In this document: piece by piece, positions 60,024 to 64,000 of the stretch
Numbering within the stretch: position 1 is the stretch's first letter
Layout: each line of letters starts with the position of its first letter
Source: an uncultured Bdellovibrio sp.
GTDB lineage: Bacteria > Bdellovibrionota > Bdellovibrionia > Bdellovibrionales > Bdellovibrionaceae
Assembly (NCBI GenBank): GCA_963932905.1
Contig: CAWVRN010000002.1
Span: forward strand, 32,001 to 96,000
Direction: 5' to 3'
Length of the DNA stretch: 64,000 nucleotides
Notes under the pieces: model-generated
What the model was told of the DNA's origin: nothing
Seen by the model: the letters and a program-made list of their open reading frames with translations, nothing else
The model's database searches: none
Program-made: the position numbers and the translations under genes

Positions 60024-60627
60024 ATATTCCGATTTCTCTGTTCGCATTGAAAAATGGGAATTGCTAGATTCTGGTGTGAATGTTTTATGGGGCCCTTCGG
60101 GATCTGGCAAAACTAGCGTATTCCGAGGGTTGCTGGGTTTAGAAAACGTAAAAGAATGCAAATGGAATTTCGGCGGCGAAGACTTAGGGCGACTTTCGCC
60201 AGGTCAAAAAAATATCGGCGTCGTATTTCAAACTTATGATCTGTTTCCTCATATGACAGCCTATGAAAATATCCAGTTTGCGGCTGAAGCTAGAAAGGTC
60301 GATGAAGGCACATTCCAACGTCAAGTGGATGGAATAGCTAAGAAACTTAGAATCGAACACTTGCTAAATAAAAAAGCTCCATTACTGTCGGGCGGCGAAC
60401 AACAACGAGTTGCGATGGCCCGCGCAGTCGTAGGTAAACCTCGAATGTTATTCTTAGACGAGCCGTTCTCGGCCCTAGATGAAGAGTTAAAACAGGAAAG
60501 CCGCGAACTTGTGCGCGACTTTATCAAAGAACAGAACATCCCTGTTCTGCTTATCACTCACGATAAGCGCGACGTCGACGTCCTAGGCGACAAAGTTTTT
60601 GAAATCAAAAACGGACAACTCATTTAG
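59995..60627 (+). CDS. thiQ: ABC transporter ATPase (ThiQ-like)
   Basis: GPSGSGKT, LSGGEQQR, LDEPFSALD; TTG start after GGAG. Confidence 0.75.
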   Translation: MSLVEKLIIEYSDFSVRIEKWELLDSGVNVLWGPSGSGKTSVFRGLLGLENVKECKWNFGGEDLGRLSPGQKNIGVVFQTYDLFPHMTAYENIQFAAEARKVDEGTFQRQVDGIAKKLRIEHLLNKKAPLLSGGEQQRVAMARAVVGKPRMLFLDEPFSALDEELKQESRELVRDFIKEQNIPVLLITHDKRDVDVLGDKVFEIKNGQLI

Positions 60628-60680
60628 GTGCCAGGCTATTTTTCTGGCAACGGTGCGTCCGGAAAAGTAGCCTGGCACCT
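60626..60680. repeat. REP-like inverted repeat, copy 2
   Basis: AGGTGCCAGGCTATTTTTC / GAAAAGTAGCCTGGCACCT (19 bp, 1 mismatch); same arms as 5877-5927 with a different spacer. Confidence 0.8.
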
Positions 60681-60730
60681 TTTGGAAAATAGGGTGGCGC
60701 TTTTGGTTTGAGTGGTGTAGATCCGGTGGA

Positions 60731-61552
60731 ATGAGCGAAAAGATCAAAATTCGATTTACGGTTTCTTACGATGGAACAGACTACTGCGGCTGGCAGAAAC
60801 AGAATCATGGTCATGTTAAAAGTGTCGCTTTTGTTTTAGAGCAAGCTCTGTCATCTATTCTTAACGAGAAAATTTCTTTGTTCGCTAGCGGTCGCACTGA
60901 TGCGGGTGTGCATGCTTTGAATCAGGTTTGCCATTTTGAAACGACCAAGCCGTTGAAGTTTTTCTATAACTTGGATTTCGCTTGGTCTGTAAACTCCAAG
61001 TTGCCTCCAAGTATAGTGGTGAAAGATGCCTGGCATGCGCCGGCGGAATTTCACTCCACAATTTCACCCGAATATAAAACCTATCGTTACATAGTACGTA
61101 ATAGTAATCGTCCTTCGCCTATGTTGCATCGATATGCACACTGGGTTCGTAACCCTATCGATATTGATTACTTAAATAGCTTAAGTGCCTTCCTTATAGG
61201 CAAGCATGACTTCAAAAGTTTTCAATCTATTGGCAGTGATGTACCCCATACAGTGCGTACGATTTACAAAGCTGGTTGGGTCCAAACGAAAGAAGGAACC
61301 TTTGAGTTTAGAATCACTGGCAGTGGCTTCCTTAAACAGATGGTTCGCAACATTGTGGGCACCCAATTGCAACTAGAAAGAACCAAGGAAAAACCTGAAA
61401 AATTCAAAGAAATCATAGAGTTAAAAGACCGATCAAAAGCGGGGGCGCCGGCTCCTCCACAGGGACTTTACCTGTGGAAAGTTTATTATCCTTTGGAGCT
61501 TGACAATAAGTGCCGCAAACTTTACAAAGACAAACTCATGGTCAAGGATTAG
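60731..61552 (+). CDS. truA: tRNA pseudouridine(38-40) synthase
   Basis: YDGTDYCGWQ, SGRTDAGVHA, GFLKQMVR, APPQGLYL. Confidence 0.96.
   Translation: MSEKIKIRFTVSYDGTDYCGWQKQNHGHVKSVAFVLEQALSSILNEKISLFASGRTDAGVHALNQVCHFETTKPLKFFYNLDFAWSVNSKLPPSIVVKDAWHAPAEFHSTISPEYKTYRYIVRNSNRPSPMLHRYAHWVRNPIDIDYLNSLSAFLIGKHDFKSFQSIGSDVPHTVRTIYKAGWVQTKEGTFEFRITGSGFLKQMVRNIVGTQLQLERTKEKPEKFKEIIELKDRSKAGAPAPPQGLYLWKVYYPLELDNKCRKLYKDKLMVKD
61500..61528 (+). promoter_or_regulatory. Candidate sigma-70 promoter for rplM-rpsI, inside the truA 3' end
   Basis: TTGACA-N17-TACAAA. Confidence 0.5.
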
Positions 61553-61647
61553 CCCCGTTGTAAAAAACATAATTCTAAACCTCAATGATACAACTGATTA
61601 ATGATGCAACTTAATTAGGCGTTAAAGAAAGATACTGGAGCAAGTAA

Positions 61648-62088
61648 ATGAAACAAACAAAAACTTTCATGGCAAAGTCTGAAGAAGTACAGCGCGCATG
61701 GCACTTGATCGATGCTGCTGACCAAAAAGTAGGCCGTGTAGCAACTCACATTGCTAACCTTCTACGTGGAAAGCACAAAACTATTTTCACTCCTCATGCG
61801 GACACTGGTGACTTTGTTGTCGTAATCAATACTGACAAAATGGTTCTAACTGGTTCTAAATGGGATTCTAAAAAATTCTACCGTCACTCTCGCTTTTTCG
61901 GTTCTATGAAAACGAAAACAGCGGCGCAGATCAAAGAAGAAGATTCTACTTTCATCATGCACGAAGCCGTTCGCGGGATGTTACCAACAAACAAAATGTC
62001 TAGACACTTGATCTTGAAAATGAAAGCGTACACTGGCGCTACTCATGATCACGCTGCTCAAAAACCTACAGCTTACCAAGTGAAATAA
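61648..62088 (+). CDS. rplM: 50S ribosomal protein L13
   Basis: LRGKHK, DTGDFVVVIN, AVRGMLP, HAAQKP. Confidence 0.98.
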   Translation: MKQTKTFMAKSEEVQRAWHLIDAADQKVGRVATHIANLLRGKHKTIFTPHADTGDFVVVINTDKMVLTGSKWDSKKFYRHSRFFGSMKTKTAAQIKEEDSTFIMHEAVRGMLPTNKMSRHLILKMKAYTGATHDHAAQKPTAYQVK

Positions 62089-62101
62089 GAGGATATAGAT
62101 A

Positions 62102-62500
62102 ATGGCAACTATGGAAAAATTATTTTATGCAACTGGAAGAAGAAAAACGAGCACAGCGCGCGTTTTCCTTAAACCTGGTAAAGGCACTGTTACTGTAAAC
62201 GGCGATAAACTAGACGAATACATGACACGTCTTCAATCTCGAATGGTTGTTATGCAACCGTTCGATTTATTATTACAATCTGGAAAGTTTGATGCAAAAA
62301 TCACTGTAACTGGTGGTGGTGAAGCAGGACAAGCCGGTGCTATCCGTCTTGGAATCTCACGTGCTCTTCAAGCGTTTAATCCTGAATTCAGAGCGACTTT
62401 GAAAAAAGCTGGCTATCTTACTCGTGACCCTAGAATGGTTGAGCGTAAGAAATACGGTAAATCAGGTGCTCGTAAACGTTACCAATACTCAAAACGTTAA
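62102..62500 (+). CDS. rpsI: 30S ribosomal protein S9
   Basis: TGRRK, GQAGAIR, LTRDPRMVERKK, QYSKR. Confidence 0.98.
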   Translation: MATMEKLFYATGRRKTSTARVFLKPGKGTVTVNGDKLDEYMTRLQSRMVVMQPFDLLLQSGKFDAKITVTGGGEAGQAGAIRLGISRALQAFNPEFRATLKKAGYLTRDPRMVERKKYGKSGARKRYQYSKR

Positions 62501-62523
62501 TCCGTTTTGTTCTATATGGAACG

Positions 62524-62558
62524 AAAAAAGGAACCCACTTTTGGGTTCCTTTTTTTTT
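62524..62558 (+). terminator. Bidirectional intrinsic terminator
   Basis: AAAAAAGGAACCCA-CTTT-TGGGTTCCTTTTTTTTT. Confidence 0.9.
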
Positions 62559-62597
62559 GCCTTATTCACTTTGGGGTCGGTTAAAGATATTTACGAT

Positions 62598-62987
62598 TTA
62601 AGACGATTTTCTAAACATCGTTGAAATCATACCATCTGATACGACCTCGCGATGTTTTATAGTATTTCGTTTATATTCAACTAGTGTTTCAAGTACTGTA
62701 GTTTGCAGGTCTTCGATAGAGAACGGCTTGATTAGTTGAGGTAGGTAATCTGTTTCTGCACCGGAGATTGCAACTAGTGGAACGTTTCGTTTTGAGCATT
62801 CTGACTGCAACGTTTTAAATGCGACGATCTTATTTCTATAATCGCCTAAAACGATATCGCAGTTTTGCCAGTTCATGTCTTTCAAATTGTAAAACGTCGC
62901 CACTTCATAATTTTTGGTTTCCATCATTTCTTTTAACAAATCAGCTACGTCTTTATCGTCTTCGAAAATTGCTACTTTTAAACCCAT
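62598..62987 (-). CDS. Single-domain response-regulator receiver-like protein
   Basis: IFEDD, DIVLGD, ISG, KPF; GGAG RBS before ATG 62987. Confidence 0.75.
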   Translation of the reverse strand: MGLKVAIFEDDKDVADLLKEMMETKNYEVATFYNLKDMNWQNCDIVLGDYRNKIVAFKTLQSECSKRNVPLVAISGAETDYLPQLIKPFSIEDLQTTVLETLVEYKRNTIKHREVVSDGMISTMFRKSS

Positions 62988-63170
62988 ATCGTTATCTCCC
63001 TTACCTACGATAAAAGATCGGCGCATTTGTCAATATTATGACTCAATTAATCTTGAGATAATTCGCACCATCTTGGAACACGGAAGTTGCCTTCGTTTGT
63101 TCGGCTCATAGTGAGACAAATTAAAGTCTAAATTTTGAAAACACGCCGTCCTATATTATTCTAGACCTTA

Positions 63171-63803
63171 GTGGGGTGTGATTTGAAACCGAATACTATC
63201 GCGAAAGTTATTTTGCTTTCGTTTTCCAGCGTAATTTTAGTTGGAACTTTTCAAAACTGCGCGCAGGCAACTGGATCGGCGGCATTTACGCCATCGACAT
63301 CTGGTTCTAGCGTTGATCTAAACCCTACCTCTAACTCAATGGATAAAGTCGACAACGTTGATTTAAGTACTGCTGATTATATTGATATTTCGTTACGTTC
63401 TTTGTACGCGGAGAATGAAATTCAGAGAAAATCATCACGTGATTCACAAAATTTAAAAATTAATCTATCTAACGGTGAAATGCGCTACGTGGATGTTGAA
63501 GGTAGGGTAGTGAATCCCACTCGCCTGTGCCTGAATCGACAGGAGCTTGAAGAATTTAAAGCTATTTTACAAAGCGTGCGTGTTTGTCAGCCTAACGTGA
63601 CTTCGAACCGTGAAGATATAGTGTGTACTCAGATTTATAAATATCCGTTTGCTTCTGTTGAATACGCAAGTGGTAGCAAAGTTAAGTTAGGCGAAGTCGC
63701 GGGTTGTACGCGCAGTCCAGATTTATGTGACGAACACAAAGATGTATTTAATGGCTTTGTGGCTTATTTAAGAAATCATTTAGATAATCGTAAGTGTCTA
63801 TAA
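63171..63803 (+). CDS. Hypothetical Cys-rich lipoprotein
   Basis: FQNC lipobox-like motif, common in Bdellovibrio proteins; CTQIY and DLC. Confidence 0.65.
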   Translation: MGCDLKPNTIAKVILLSFSSVILVGTFQNCAQATGSAAFTPSTSGSSVDLNPTSNSMDKVDNVDLSTADYIDISLRSLYAENEIQRKSSRDSQNLKINLSNGEMRYVDVEGRVVNPTRLCLNRQELEEFKAILQSVRVCQPNVTSNREDIVCTQIYKYPFASVEYASGSKVKLGEVAGCTRSPDLCDEHKDVFNGFVAYLRNHLDNRKCL

Positions 63804-63899
63804 GGGTATAAGTTGTTGAAACCTAGATTGGGTTTCATAAGACAATTAGAAAGATTCCGCCAATATTGGGTTTATCTTTTGCTAAAATATTAAACAAAC

Positions 63900-64000
63900 T
63901 CACTTGGGAATTTCGGAAATTCCGTGCAGGACTTTTTCTAGTGTTTCCGAGGCGACCCAAATGTCGGCCGCTCCGAATTTTTTTTTCTCCTCTTCGCAGC
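63900..64000 (-). CDS. Probable 3' end of a gene entering from beyond the window
   Basis: Open frame CEEEKKKFGAADIWVASETLEKVLHGISEIPK* ending at 63900; frame uncertain. Confidence 0.3.
   Translation of the reverse strand, partial: CEEEKKKFGAADIWVASETLEKVLHGISEIPK

Overview
Chromosomal window from an AT-rich bacterium, very likely a predatory Bdellovibrionota member. That assignment is inferred from a PopA/Bd0427-like major outer membrane protein, a DUF507 pair followed by a long GroES2, and an FQNC lipoprotein. Most of the window is housekeeping genes (ubiB-like kinase, rnr, valS, PBP1B, pgpA-cinA-recA, ddl, thiamine-type ABC transporter, truA-rplM-rpsI) and orphan secreted proteins. Accessory parts: (1) a tightly coupled 9-gene operon at 25.6-34.1 kb. 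It is headed by an NrtR (Nudix-wHTH, ADP-ribose-sensing) repressor with a perfect GT-N7-AC operator, and encodes a chorismatase, a radical SAM enzyme, two asparagine-synthetase-like ligases, two glycosyltransferases, an apparently circularly permuted ROK kinase and a PIG-L deacetylase. This is a candidate undescribed small-molecule pathway tied to NAD/ADP-ribose status. (2) A heavy-metal RND operon with no periplasmic adaptor gene, preceded by a His/Cys-rich PP-ending leader ORF. (3) A secreted S1/P1 nuclease next to a nucleoside ABC importer. (4) REP-like inverted repeats, one surrounded by a strong strand-symmetric synonymous-codon skew, plus a catalytically degenerate RAYT-like gene. I saw no rRNA, tRNA, CRISPR array or integrase. 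All calls come from motif recognition by eye; no database searches were run.
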